A DNA stretch of 64,000 nucleotides, from contig JBKAGP010000001.1 of the NCBI GenBank assembly GCA_046290465.1, positions 3,392,001 through 3,456,000 of the forward strand, given 5' to 3'. This stretch comes from Planctomycetota bacterium. Its GTDB lineage: Bacteria > Planctomycetota > UBA1135 > UBA2386. Under the pieces are notes generated by a model. The model was given only the letters and a program-made list of their open reading frames with translations. It searched no databases and was not told the DNA's origin. Position numbers and translations under genes: made by a program. The first letter of the stretch is position 1, and every line of letters begins with the position of its first letter. Shown here piece by piece: positions 9,139-18,900 of this stretch.

Positions 9139-10830
9139 ATGCGATGTGCAGCGTTGTCGGCGGTCCTGATGGCGGCTGGGGCCGTGGCCCAGTCGGCGCC
9201 CAATGCGGCGAGCGTCACCGAGCCCGGGCGCACGCTGGCGCGGCCGCTCGACATCGTGCTCGGCGGGCGCACCCGACGCCCCGAAGAACGCACCATCGTG
9301 CTGCTGCTCGATCCCTCCCAGGGCCTGCAGCAGGCCGGCTTCGTCGCGGCGCTCGACAAGGCGATCGCGGACAACCGGGCGACCCTGGCCAAGACCCGCC
9401 TCGGCCTGTGCCTGACCGGCGAGCACGGCGGCACGGTGGTCGCGCCGACCTTGCAGTTCGACGAAGTGGTGCGCGCGGCCAAGGCGGCGCTGCGAACCCC
9501 GACCGGCGAGTTCCGCAACCTCTACGCCGGCGCGCGCGAGGCGGTGTCGGCGTTCAAGGGCAGCAAGGGCGAACGCACACTGCTGCTGGTCGCGCTCGAG
9601 AACGCGGACGTCGAGGACGACGTCGCGCAGACCGCCTCGCTGCTGAAGAAGGCCGACGTCACGCTGGTCGCCCTGACCAGCGAAGCGACGCTGGCCGACA
9701 GCTACTGGGCCGGCCGCCCCAACCAGCGGCGGCCGCGCAAGACCGAACTGACCGGCCCCGACGGCGCCGTCGTCGACCTGCCGTGGGGCTGGCTGTTCCA
9801 GTCCGTGCCGGCCAACGAGACCACGCCCGCCGGCTACGCGATGTGGGGCCTCAACCACCTCGCCGCGGCGACCGAGGGCCGCGTGTTCCTGCACGCATCG
9901 AGCCAGCAGACCCGCCACCAGTGCGGCGGCGTGCGCACGACGTGCCTGTTCTGCAGCGGCGATCACGAGCATCCCGACGACAGCTGGAACATGGCGCTGG
10001 TCGCACAGCTGTCGCCGTCGGTGTCGTCGCGCGACGACACGATGAAGGAGCTCGGTCGCGACCCGGTGTTCCGCGCGATGATCGACACGTGGCGCGCCGC
10101 CGCGCGCGCCGGCCTGGTGCGCAGCGAACCGCCGATCAAGATCAGCTCCACGTCGGCGTCACCCGACCGCGCCCGCAGCGGCCGCGACCTCGGCCTGCTG
10201 GCGCGCGCCGGCTTCAAGCGCAACGCCAAGAAGGCGCGGCAGGCCGCCAAGAAGGCCCAGCAGCTGCGCGACGCGCTGGCCGACCGGCTGGCGACGCTCG
10301 GCAAGGACGCCGGTTCGATGCGCTCGCGCGCCGCCGCGAGCTACACCGTCGTGATGCTGCAGGTCACGCGCGTCAACCTGCTGACCTACGCGGCCTGGTG
10401 CGAACAGGACGCGCCCGCGCTGTTCGACGGCGACCTCGAACCACAACCGCCGGAGGTGCCGCGCGTCGACCCCGACCGCCGCCCGGTCGGCATCGGCTTC
10501 TCCAACTTCGCGCTGTGCCACGGCGTCGAGCCGTTCTACGGCGTCGAACTGCCGGGCGCACGGGAGCTGCGCCCCGAACTCGAACGGCTCGACGCGATGT
10601 TCCGCGGCTACCAGCTGCGCTACGGCAAGAGCCAGTTCGGCTACGCGCTGCGTCGCAACGGCATCGCGCAGTTCTGGCCGACGTTCCCGGGCATCGCCGG
10701 CAACGTGAAGCGGCGGCGGCCCAAGAGCAACAACGACCAGAAGGGCCCGATCACCGAGCGCCGCCCGACGCGCAGCGGCGGCGGCAGCGCCGGCGGCGCG
10801 GGCGGCCCGACCACCGGCGGAGGTCGCTAG
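9139..10830 (+). CDS. secreted hypothetical protein, possible degenerate vWA domain
   Basis: Signal peptide; IVLLLDPSQGL resembles a MIDAS strand; Cys/His cluster HQC..CLFC..DH. Confidence 0.7.
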   Translation: MRCAALSAVLMAAGAVAQSAPNAASVTEPGRTLARPLDIVLGGRTRRPEERTIVLLLDPSQGLQQAGFVAALDKAIADNRATLAKTRLGLCLTGEHGGTVVAPTLQFDEVVRAAKAALRTPTGEFRNLYAGAREAVSAFKGSKGERTLLLVALENADVEDDVAQTASLLKKADVTLVALTSEATLADSYWAGRPNQRRPRKTELTGPDGAVVDLPWGWLFQSVPANETTPAGYAMWGLNHLAAATEGRVFLHASSQQTRHQCGGVRTTCLFCSGDHEHPDDSWNMALVAQLSPSVSSRDDTMKELGRDPVFRAMIDTWRAAARAGLVRSEPPIKISSTSASPDRARSGRDLGLLARAGFKRNAKKARQAAKKAQQLRDALADRLATLGKDAGSMRSRAAASYTVVMLQVTRVNLLTYAAWCEQDAPALFDGDLEPQPPEVPRVDPDRRPVGIGFSNFALCHGVEPFYGVELPGARELRPELERLDAMFRGYQLRYGKSQFGYALRRNGIAQFWPTFPGIAGNVKRRRPKSNNDQKGPITERRPTRSGGGSAGGAGGPTTGGGR

Positions 10831-10916
10831 TGGGCAAAGCCCCCGTCCGCACGCGTACACGCCGCTTCCGCGATCACGGTCGGCAGCGCGTCCACTACAT
10901 GGACGCGCTCCTAGGC

Positions 10917-12218
10917 ATGCGCGTTCGCCTTCCTGCCCTGCTCGCGGCGTTCGCTTCGATCGCTGCGGCCCAGGACCTGCCGCGCCTGGTCGACGACCTC
11001 GGCGCCGACGACGGCCGCGTCCGCCAGCGCGCCTACCAGGAGCTGCAGCGCCGCAAGGACCCGGCGATCGCCACGCTGCTCGCAGGCAGGATCGAGACGT
11101 TCCCGCGCGGCGGCCAGCAGTTCGCGATCTACCTGCTGCGACAGCTGCCGATCGACGCGACCCGCAAGCTCTACCGCGACCTCGCGGCCGAGGGGCCGTG
11201 GTTCCTGCGGGTCGCGGCCGCCGCCGAACTGGCCCGCAAGCAGCAGAAGGGTGCCGCGCAGCGCCTGGTCACCGTGCTGGCCGAGGTCCCCGAGCGCGAC
11301 CGCGTCAGCTGCACCAACCATCTCTACGGGCTGCACGACGCCGACGTGCACGAAGCCCTGTTTGGCTGGCTGCACGCGCGCGCCGAGGCCGCGGTCATCC
11401 GCGCGACGCTGCTGCACCTCGAACGGCAGGGCCGCACCGACGCGCAGCGAATGCAGGCCGCTGTCGAACCGCTGGCCGCACACGCCGACGTCGGCGCCAA
11501 GGTCGCGGCGCTCGCGTGGCTCGCGCGCGTCGATCGCGCGCGCGCCGACGAACTCGCCGGCCTGCTGCAGGAAGACCCGAAGCGATTCTGGCCGGTGCGC
11601 GATCTGCTCGACACCGATCGGCCGCTCGGCGACGCGCTGGTCGAAGCGATCGGCACCGCGCTGCGCGAGCCGCGCAGCAGGTTCGACGTGACTCGCACCG
11701 CGCAGCTGCTGCAGCGGCAGTCCGCCGGCAAGGCCGCGGAGCCGCTGCGGGCCCTGCGCGAGCACGACAAGGAGGACATCCGCGCGGCCGCGCTCGAGGC
11801 GCTGGCAGCGATCCCCGGCGCGCTGCGCGAGCAGGACCTGCAGGCGATGCTGCGCGGCGACGACCTCGCGTCGGTGCTGGTCGCCGCCGACCAGCTGCGC
11901 CGCCGCGACGACGTGTCGGGGCTCGCCGTCGTGCTCGACAAGGTCGGAGCGGCCGGCAAGCACCGCGCCGAGGCCGCCAGGGTGCTCGGCAACTTCCGCG
12001 ACCGTCGCGTCGCCGAGCCGCTGCTCGACATGCTCGACGACGCCAACGTGCAGGTGCGCCGCAACGCCTGGAACGGCCTGCAGCAGGTGATGCGCGGGCT
12101 GTTCCCGTACCGGCGGTTCGACTTCGTCAACGGCAGCTATCGACCCGACGGCGGCAACCGCGCCGGCGGCATCGCGGAGCTGCGCCGCTGGTGGGACGCG
12201 GCCAGCAAGGGCCAGTAA
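10917..12218 (+). CDS. secreted HEAT-repeat protein
   Basis: Signal peptide; repeats such as DDGRVRQRA, DIRAAALEAL, LDDANVQVRRNA. Confidence 0.85.
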   Translation: MRVRLPALLAAFASIAAAQDLPRLVDDLGADDGRVRQRAYQELQRRKDPAIATLLAGRIETFPRGGQQFAIYLLRQLPIDATRKLYRDLAAEGPWFLRVAAAAELARKQQKGAAQRLVTVLAEVPERDRVSCTNHLYGLHDADVHEALFGWLHARAEAAVIRATLLHLERQGRTDAQRMQAAVEPLAAHADVGAKVAALAWLARVDRARADELAGLLQEDPKRFWPVRDLLDTDRPLGDALVEAIGTALREPRSRFDVTRTAQLLQRQSAGKAAEPLRALREHDKEDIRAAALEALAAIPGALREQDLQAMLRGDDLASVLVAADQLRRRDDVSGLAVVLDKVGAAGKHRAEAARVLGNFRDRRVAEPLLDMLDDANVQVRRNAWNGLQQVMRGLFPYRRFDFVNGSYRPDGGNRAGGIAELRRWWDAASKGQ

Positions 12219-12268
12219 GGCAAGGGCCAACCCAGCAGGGGCCAGCAAGGGATCGTAGGCCGGCCGCG

Positions 12269-13330
12269 CTAGTAGAGCTCCACCGACCCCACCGACCCGA
12301 GCGCCTGCTTCCACTTGACCTCGCCCTTGGGGCCGAGGCGGATCAGCCCGCCAGAGCCACCGACCAGCAGGTCCCCATCGGGCAGCATGCGCGCCACGTA
12401 GGCGCCGAACGGCAGCTTGTGCTCGCGCACGACCCTCTCCTCCGGCGTGACGATCAGGACCTGGTCGCCCCACGTCGCGATCAGCGTATTGCCGTCGGGC
12501 AGTCGCACGGCGCTCATCGCCGACGGGCACTCGTACTTCCACACCTCCTTGCCGGCGCGGTCGACCTCGACGACATAGCCCCTCAGATCGGCGACCAGCG
12601 TGTTGCCGCCGGGCAGACGGTTGGCGTTGTAGGAGTCGGGCGACTTGTGCTCCCAGACGGTCTTGCCGGCGCGGTCGATCTCGCGCACCACGCCCTTGCC
12701 CATGTCGGCGATCAGCAGGTTGCCGTCCGCCAGCACGTCGACGTCCATCGGCGAACCGAGCCCTTCGTGCTTCCAAACGACCTTGCCGTCGGCATCCAGC
12801 TCGCGAACGTCGTGCTCACCCCAGTTGGTCGTCAACAGGTTGCCGCCGGGCAGGCGCTCGCAGTCGAACACCTTCTTGCGCAGCTCGATCGGCTTGCCGC
12901 GCAGCTCGCCAGTCTCGATGTCGACCGCCTGCGCGTGGCCGCGGTCGGCACACGCGACCAGCGCGATGCCTTCCCGTTCGCCCACGGCGCGCAGCGCCCA
13001 CCTGGCCGCAAACGCACATCGCTCGTCGTCACTGCCCGCGACCCGCTCGAGCGCCGGACGCGCCGCGGCGGCCGCCGGCCCGAGCTCGTGCAGGATCTCG
13101 GCGACGGTGCGCACGATCTCCGGCCGCGGATCCCGCATCGCCCGGGCGAGGTCGGGCACACCGGCCTCGCCGAGACGCAGCAATTCGCGGATCGCGTGCT
13201 GCCGCTTGTCCGGCAGCTCCAGGTACTTGACCAGGCGCCCCGCGCGCACGGGTTCTGCGGTCTCGGCCTGCGCCGCGACCGCCGCACCGAGCGACAGCAT
13301 CGCCACCAGCCACGTCTTGATGTCGTTCAT
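12269..13330 (-). CDS. secreted HEAT + beta-propeller (PQQ-like) protein
   Basis: Signal peptide; repeated RLPxGNxLI..VxExDxxGKxVW blades. Confidence 0.85.
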   Translation of the reverse strand: MNDIKTWLVAMLSLGAAVAAQAETAEPVRAGRLVKYLELPDKRQHAIRELLRLGEAGVPDLARAMRDPRPEIVRTVAEILHELGPAAAAARPALERVAGSDDERCAFAARWALRAVGEREGIALVACADRGHAQAVDIETGELRGKPIELRKKVFDCERLPGGNLLTTNWGEHDVRELDADGKVVWKHEGLGSPMDVDVLADGNLLIADMGKGVVREIDRAGKTVWEHKSPDSYNANRLPGGNTLVADLRGYVVEVDRAGKEVWKYECPSAMSAVRLPDGNTLIATWGDQVLIVTPEERVVREHKLPFGAYVARMLPDGDLLVGGSGGLIRLGPKGEVKWKQALGSVGSVELY

Positions 13331-13384
13331 GAAAGCCTCTGAGTCATGGGATCTCTGAGCCCGTAGCCCCACATGCACGCGGGG

Positions 13385-15202
13385 TCACTGCACGACCGTC
13401 GCCGTCGCCGCCGCCACCTGCCAACGCCGCAACGTCGGATCGGCCGCGATCGCGACGCCCTGCACGCCCAGGCCGAGCGGCAGGTCGGGCACCACCACCT
13501 CACGCTCGCCAGCGGCGTCGAGCGTGCCGAAGAACAGCGGGTGGCCGGTCGCGAGCTGCGCCTGCAGCTGCGCCAGCGGCACGTCTAGGCCGAAGAACCA
13601 CCCGTCGGGGAACGCGCCCGGCGCAAGCGTGAACGCCGATACGAACCAGTCGCCCGGCACACCGCGCCGACGGCGCACGCGCAGGGTGCCCGGCGCGAGG
13701 CCTGGATCGAGCCGCAGCGCGAACGCGCCGGGAACGTCCGCGTGCACCGCGTCGGCGCGCGCGCCGCGCATGTAGGCATTGCTCGCGAACGACTCGTGGT
13801 AGCCGATCCCGAACGCACCGTCCGGGTGCGTCGTGTCGTGGACCTGCAGCAGCCGTTCGCCGTTCAGGTAGAACGTCAACTCGCTGCCGCGCGCCTCGAC
13901 GCGGAACCGCCGCCACGCCGATCCCGGCAACAGCCGCGGCTGCGGCAACAGGTCGGTCAGCACCCCGCCGGCCGCGCGCAGGCAGCGCAGGCGGCCGTCG
14001 TGCGAGTCCCAGGTCAGCGCGTAGCACTGCCCGTGCTGGCTCAGCGTGCCGTCGAACGCGCCGGCCGCGCGGTCGCGCACGAACAACCCGATCCGTTCGA
14101 AGCCGTTGCCCGCCAGCTGCGGGCGATGCTCGCAATAGAGATCCGCCTGCACCGCGACGTCGCGCACCGCACCGGGCTCGAGCCGCACCGAGTCGGTGCC
14201 GCCCGCCGGATCCATCACGCGCAGCACGGTCAGGTCGCCGCTCGGCGTCGGCGCCGGCGCCACCACCACGTCCGGGGTCGTGAACTTCGGCAGCCAGGTG
14301 ACCTCGGGCCCCGACGCCGGGAACGCGTCGATCACCGGGAACGACTCGAAGCCGGCCGTCGGGTAGCGCCAGCTCGCGAACGCGCCCTCGTCGCTGAGCA
14401 GCGGATGCAGCACCGGATCGGCGAGCACCGCGTCGATCGTCGTCGCCACCCCGTCGACCAGGCAACGCCGCGCGACCAGCCGCGCCCCGTGGCTGTAGTC
14501 GACGTAGCTCGCGCCGTGCACCTTGGACAGCGGCTGGATCGCCTGCCCGCTCGGGTAGTGCCAACCGTAGATGCAGACGCGCTGCGGCCAGCTCGCGATC
14601 AGCGACGACGCGACCACGTCCTTCTTGATGCCGGCGACCAGCCAGTCCTGCGGCGCGCCCTGCCGCTGGCTCTCGATCTGCTGGTGATGCTGGTGGAACA
14701 GCGAGACCGACTGGATGTTGTACTGCGTCGGGCTGAACGGGAACGGCTGCAGCTGCAGCTGTGCCTGCTGCCAGATCGCGTCCGACATGCGGCGCGTCGG
14801 CAGCGTGCATTCGAGCCGGTCGGCGAGCTGCTGCGCCAGCCCGGGCGTCATCGGCATGCGGAACCAGTCCTGGTCGTCGCCGACGCCGAAGTGGTCGTTG
14901 GTGCACCAGAACGTCGCGGTGCGCAGCTGGCCCGCGATCACCGCTTGCGTCGTGATCGGCACCAGTTCGCGCAAGAACGACGGCACGTTGCCCGCCGCGA
15001 GTTCGTGCCAGACGCGCTGTTCGCGTTCGGCGGTCGACAGGTTGACCAGCGTCGGCAACAGCTGGCTGCCGGTGCGCGCACTGGCGGCGCGCGGCGGCAG
15101 CGACAGCGTCGGTTCTGCCTGCCCGGGACTGACGGCACAGCCGGCGAGCAGCACCGAGGCGGCGGCGACGAAGCGCAGGGCGCGGAGATCCGGAGCGGGC
15201 AT
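13385..15202 (-). CDS. secreted lipoprotein, conserved hypothetical N-domain plus ConA/DUF1080-like domain
   Basis: Lipobox LLAGC; IYGWH..IQPL..H..YVDYSHG motif; WRRFRVEARG..FYLNG..G.FGI. Confidence 0.75.
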   Translation of the reverse strand: MPAPDLRALRFVAAASVLLAGCAVSPGQAEPTLSLPPRAASARTGSQLLPTLVNLSTAEREQRVWHELAAGNVPSFLRELVPITTQAVIAGQLRTATFWCTNDHFGVGDDQDWFRMPMTPGLAQQLADRLECTLPTRRMSDAIWQQAQLQLQPFPFSPTQYNIQSVSLFHQHHQQIESQRQGAPQDWLVAGIKKDVVASSLIASWPQRVCIYGWHYPSGQAIQPLSKVHGASYVDYSHGARLVARRCLVDGVATTIDAVLADPVLHPLLSDEGAFASWRYPTAGFESFPVIDAFPASGPEVTWLPKFTTPDVVVAPAPTPSGDLTVLRVMDPAGGTDSVRLEPGAVRDVAVQADLYCEHRPQLAGNGFERIGLFVRDRAAGAFDGTLSQHGQCYALTWDSHDGRLRCLRAAGGVLTDLLPQPRLLPGSAWRRFRVEARGSELTFYLNGERLLQVHDTTHPDGAFGIGYHESFASNAYMRGARADAVHADVPGAFALRLDPGLAPGTLRVRRRRGVPGDWFVSAFTLAPGAFPDGWFFGLDVPLAQLQAQLATGHPLFFGTLDAAGEREVVVPDLPLGLGVQGVAIAADPTLRRWQVAAATATVVQ

Positions 15203-15290
15203 GGTCCGAGAGGATATCCAACGCCCCACAGAACGGCTCGCCGGCGACCGGCCATGCCCAGGCGGGCCACCCCCTTGACGCAAATGGGAC

Positions 15291-15859
15291 GTGGCGGAGC
15301 ATGCATCGCCCCGCCAGCATCGACACCCGGCCCGCCACAGCAACGTCGGCGACGACGGCACGATCGAGTTCTCCGGGACGTTTGCCGGCGCCGGCAGCGT
15401 GCCGCTGACGCTCGGCACCACCTCGGTCCCGATCCGCGTGCGCCTCACCGGCCAGCACGCAGCGACGCAGGGCAACCACGTCGCTTCGGACAGCATCCGG
15501 CTGTCGGTGACGCCACAGAACTTCCTCGCGATCCAGCCGGCGGCCTACGGTTGCGAGACGGCCAGCGCGTCGCCCTGCCGGCGTTCCCGCAGAGCGGCGT
15601 GCTGTTCGGCGTCGGCGTGGCGTCGGGCCCCGCGGTCGCGGTCTACGGCCTCGGTGTGCAGCCGACGCTGCTGCCCAACAGCGGTGCGCTGCAGCCGTGC
15701 CTGCTGGTGCCGAGCCCCGACCTGGTGGTGCTGATCCCGCCGAACGGCCACCTGCTCGGTCTGCCGGCCGCGGTGCGCCCGATCACGGTCTACGTGCAGG
15801 GTGTGGTGCTGCTGCCGACCGGGCTGGGCACCAGCAACGGCTTCGTCGTGCAGGGATAG
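15291..15859 (+). pseudogene. frameshifted, N-terminally incomplete secreted-protein fragment
   Basis: Beta-rich coding-like frame up to ...PAAYGC (~15555), continuing in another frame to CLLVPSPDLVVL...TSNGFVVQG-stop at 15859. Confidence 0.55.
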
Positions 15860-15883
15860 GACGGCCGTCGACGGCCGCCCGCG

Positions 15884-16777
15884 CTACGGCGTCGCCGCAG
15901 CCAGCAGCCAGACCGAGATCGAACGGCGGTCGTCGTGTGGATGCACGCCGACCAGACCGACGAAGCCGCCGCAGGTGCGGTAGGGCGGCGTCGACGGCAC
16001 GACGACCATCGCGCAGCGCAGGCTGAGCTGGTCGTTGATCAGCAGGTCGACCGGGAACGAGTAGGCGTCGAGGCCCGCGGGCCCGGTCGCCGGCCGGCAC
16101 TGGTCCAACACCGCCCGCTTCTTGAGGTGCACCCCGCCGACGAGTTCCCAGACCGGCGGCACCGCTGCGACGCTCTGCACCAGCGCGAGCAGTTCGTCCG
16201 ACTCCTGCACGACGCCGAGGATGCTCGCCATCGCGAAGCGCGCCTTGGCGCTCGGGGACGACGAGTAGCCGACGAACGAGGCGAGCATGCCGCGCTTCTC
16301 GGGCTCGGCCGGCGGCTCGGCCCCCTCGTGCTCGAGCCGGCAGCCCTCGAACGCACCGTGCAGCAGCGACGGCGACGCGCGCACCGACTCCGAGCCGATG
16401 CGCCGGCCATCGGCGGCGAAGGTCACCAGCTCGAGCGACACGGACGCAGCGCGTTCCGTCGACTCGTCCACGACCGCGCGCACCAGCAGGAACCGGTCCT
16501 CGACCTCGTCGCCGCGCCGGGTCCGGACCCCGAACAACGCACGGTCGCCGGCCCGCATGTGTTCGCGGTCGCCGGCGGCGGGGAAGCCCTGCAGGATCCC
16601 GTCGGCGACCGGCCACTCGGCAGCCAGGGCCGCCAGGTCGACCACCTCGGGCGTCGCGGCCGCCGGCGCCGTGCCGGCGCACCCCGCCAGGATCGCGAGG
16701 CCCAGGACCGCGACGCAGCGCTTCGCGCGCGTCCATACGTAGGAATCCCGCGCGCCGTTCCCTTCTACACACTGCAT
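15884..16777 (-). CDS. hypothetical lipoprotein
   Basis: Hydrophobic stretch ending ILAGC; start uncertain. Confidence 0.7.
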   Translation of the reverse strand: MQCVEGNGARDSYVWTRAKRCVAVLGLAILAGCAGTAPAAATPEVVDLAALAAEWPVADGILQGFPAAGDREHMRAGDRALFGVRTRRGDEVEDRFLLVRAVVDESTERAASVSLELVTFAADGRRIGSESVRASPSLLHGAFEGCRLEHEGAEPPAEPEKRGMLASFVGYSSSPSAKARFAMASILGVVQESDELLALVQSVAAVPPVWELVGGVHLKKRAVLDQCRPATGPAGLDAYSFPVDLLINDQLSLRCAMVVVPSTPPYRTCGGFVGLVGVHPHDDRRSISVWLLAAATP

Positions 16778-16829
16778 ACCGACACCCTACATCGGACCTG
16801 ATACATGCACCAGCGCGGCCGCGACACGG

Positions 16830-18257
16830 CTACTTGCCGACGCGATCGTTGCCGACACGATCCTTGCCGACAAGGTCTTTGCCGGCCGCGACGCTCGCCG
16901 CGATGCGTGCCAGGATGTCCGCGACCGGCGGCCAGACGCCGACCTCCGGATGCGCGATCACCAGCGACGCGCACAGCGACGCCGCCTTCGTGACGTGCAG
17001 GCCGTCGATGCGCGCCAGCCGCTGCAGCATGCCGCCGACGCCGCCCTCGACGAAGCTGTAGGTCAGCACGTGCGTGCCGACCACGACGCCATCGCGATCG
17101 ACGACGACGACCAGTTCGAGCGAACCGCTCGTGCGCCACGCCGCCGCCGCGAGGTAGGCATCGAACGTGCGCCCCTGCCCGTCGATCAGCGCGAGCGCTG
17201 GCATGCCCGGCTGCGCGGCCCCGCCGGTCGTCGCGATCGAGACCTCGCCGCCGAGGACCTTGCGCGCCGCGCCGAGCACCAGGGTCTGCATCGGCACGAT
17301 CCCGTCGAGCGACCGCGACAAGCGCTGGAAGGCGACGCTGCCGGTCTGCACGGCGATGCGTCGGTCGTCGCCGACCTCGAGATAGTGCGGCAGGCGCAGG
17401 ACCCCAAGCCGCCTGGCGTCCCCGGGCTCGCACAGGCCATAGCACGGCAAACGCTCGAGGCCGCGCGCATCGAGGGCCTCGCGGCACCGCGCCAGCGTCT
17501 CGCGACTGGTCAGCACCACGAGCGCGCCGCCGTCGCGGTGGCGAGCGTCGTCGATGCGCCCCCAGTCGACCATCGAACGCACGCAGTGCTCGCAGTCCGG
17601 CGACATGACGATCGCGGCGCTGCCCGCGCTTAACACGTCGGCCAGCGCACGGCGTCGCCCGTCGACGGCCTCGACCTCGATGGCCGGGATCGGCTGCCCG
17701 GGTCGCAACTCGGAGGAGCGCGCAACCACCATCTGTTCGCCGTCCGGCTCGCCGTGGGCGAGCTTCTCGGCGACCAGCAGGGCTGCCAGCGTGGCGATGC
17801 AGACACCACACAGGTAGCGCCAGCGGAACGCGCCGATGCCGGCCCAGACGACCGCGACGGCAAGGCCGGCGAGCCGCAGCAGCATGGTCCAGAGGTCGTG
17901 CGTGTCGACCATCATCGACACCGGATCGCCGCAACCGCAGTCGTCGAGGAACGCACCGTCGCGCGCGCTGAGGCTGACGGTCCCGGCGAACGCGAGCAGC
18001 AGACCGAGCAGACCGTGAGCGGCGACCGCCCGCGTCCAGCGCAGGCACAGCAGGATGGCGAGCGCGATCTCGAGCGCGCCGAGCCCGAGCATCACCCGGC
18101 CGTACGTCTCGAGGCCCAGCAGCGGTTCGAACAACTGCGGCATCGTCACCTGGTCGTCGAAGAACTTGCTGACGCCCGAGACCACGAAGCTGCCCGCGGC
18201 CACCACGGCGGCGACCAGCCGCGACCAACGGATCCGGCGCGTGCCCGGCTCGTTCAT
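16830..18257 (-). CDS. MauE/DoxX membrane domain - thioredoxin-like (CEHC) fusion, copy 2
   Basis: SGVSKF, LEIALA, DCGCG in TM region; PGQPIP..AVDG, SPDCEHC, LGVLRLP; ATGA overlap with upstream gene. Confidence 0.8.
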   Translation of the reverse strand: MNEPGTRRIRWSRLVAAVVAAGSFVVSGVSKFFDDQVTMPQLFEPLLGLETYGRVMLGLGALEIALAILLCLRWTRAVAAHGLLGLLLAFAGTVSLSARDGAFLDDCGCGDPVSMMVDTHDLWTMLLRLAGLAVAVVWAGIGAFRWRYLCGVCIATLAALLVAEKLAHGEPDGEQMVVARSSELRPGQPIPAIEVEAVDGRRRALADVLSAGSAAIVMSPDCEHCVRSMVDWGRIDDARHRDGGALVVLTSRETLARCREALDARGLERLPCYGLCEPGDARRLGVLRLPHYLEVGDDRRIAVQTGSVAFQRLSRSLDGIVPMQTLVLGAARKVLGGEVSIATTGGAAQPGMPALALIDGQGRTFDAYLAAAAWRTSGSLELVVVVDRDGVVVGTHVLTYSFVEGGVGGMLQRLARIDGLHVTKAASLCASLVIAHPEVGVWPPVADILARIAASVAAGKDLVGKDRVGNDRVGK

Positions 18258-18790
18258 GCCGGGGCTCCCGCCGGCTGCGCCGGCTCCGCCGCGCACCGCC
18301 CGTCGACGCGCCGCGCCCACAAGAACGCCGCGGTGAACGTGAACGCCTGCACGAACGGCCAGATCCAGTCGTGCAGCAGCACGAAGGTGTTGATCGAGCC
18401 GTGGCCGTAGGCGACGACCGTTCCGATGCGGGCCATGTTGGCGACCGTCCACGCGGCCGCCAGCACCAGCAGCAGCACCGACCGGAACGTCCACGAGCCG
18501 CGGATCGAGACCGACAGCGCGACCAGGTACGGGATCGCCAGCAGGCCGGCGCACATCGGCTCGACCAGAAAGCGCATGCGCGAGCCCTGCACGGCGATGG
18601 TCACGTCGTGAACGTCGGCCGCCGCGCCGAACAGCCGCGCGAACCACGTGCTGGCCTGCGCGAAGGCGCGGCAGATCGCGTCGACGACGCCGACCTCGGC
18701 CAGCAGCAGCATCGTGACGAAGGCTGCGGCCAGCGACACGACCACGCGGACGGCGAAGGCGCGGCGCTGCTTCGGACTGCGAACGGGCAT
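18254..18790 (-). CDS. exosortase/archaeosortase family protein (short, XrtH-like)
   Basis: Catalytic-triad contexts EPMCAG (Cys), ANMARI (Arg), FVLLHDWIW (His) in a 178-aa multi-TM protein. Confidence 0.82.
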   Translation of the reverse strand: MPVRSPKQRRAFAVRVVVSLAAAFVTMLLLAEVGVVDAICRAFAQASTWFARLFGAAADVHDVTIAVQGSRMRFLVEPMCAGLLAIPYLVALSVSIRGSWTFRSVLLLVLAAAWTVANMARIGTVVAYGHGSINTFVLLHDWIWPFVQAFTFTAAFLWARRVDGRCAAEPAQPAGAPA

Positions 18791-18794
18791 GGCG

Positions 18795-18858
18795 GGCGTC
18801 GTTGTGGAGGGGCGTCGTTGTGGAGGAGCGTCGTCTAGAAGGGGCGTCGTCGTGAGCA
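18795..18858. repeat. 4 x 16-bp tandem repeat
   Basis: ggcgtcgttgtggagg x2, then agcgtcgtctagaagg and ggcgtcgtcgtgagca. Confidence 0.8.
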
Positions 18859-18900
18859 GGCTTCGCAGCCAGGAGGCTGGGGACTACCGGAGGTCCACCG

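Noticed and set aside
11942..11951. 10-bp match (ggtcggagcg) to the tRNA 3' end as att site
   Set aside because: Inside an intact HEAT-repeat gene in host-like DNA; likely chance
12206..12251. caagggcca-like repeats between convergent genes
   Set aside because: Short degenerate echoes of the gene end; not supportable as an element
16834..16885. 15-bp tandem repeat encoding GKDLV/GKDRV/GNDRV
   Set aside because: Short slippage-type repeat at a protein C-terminus; no evidence of function
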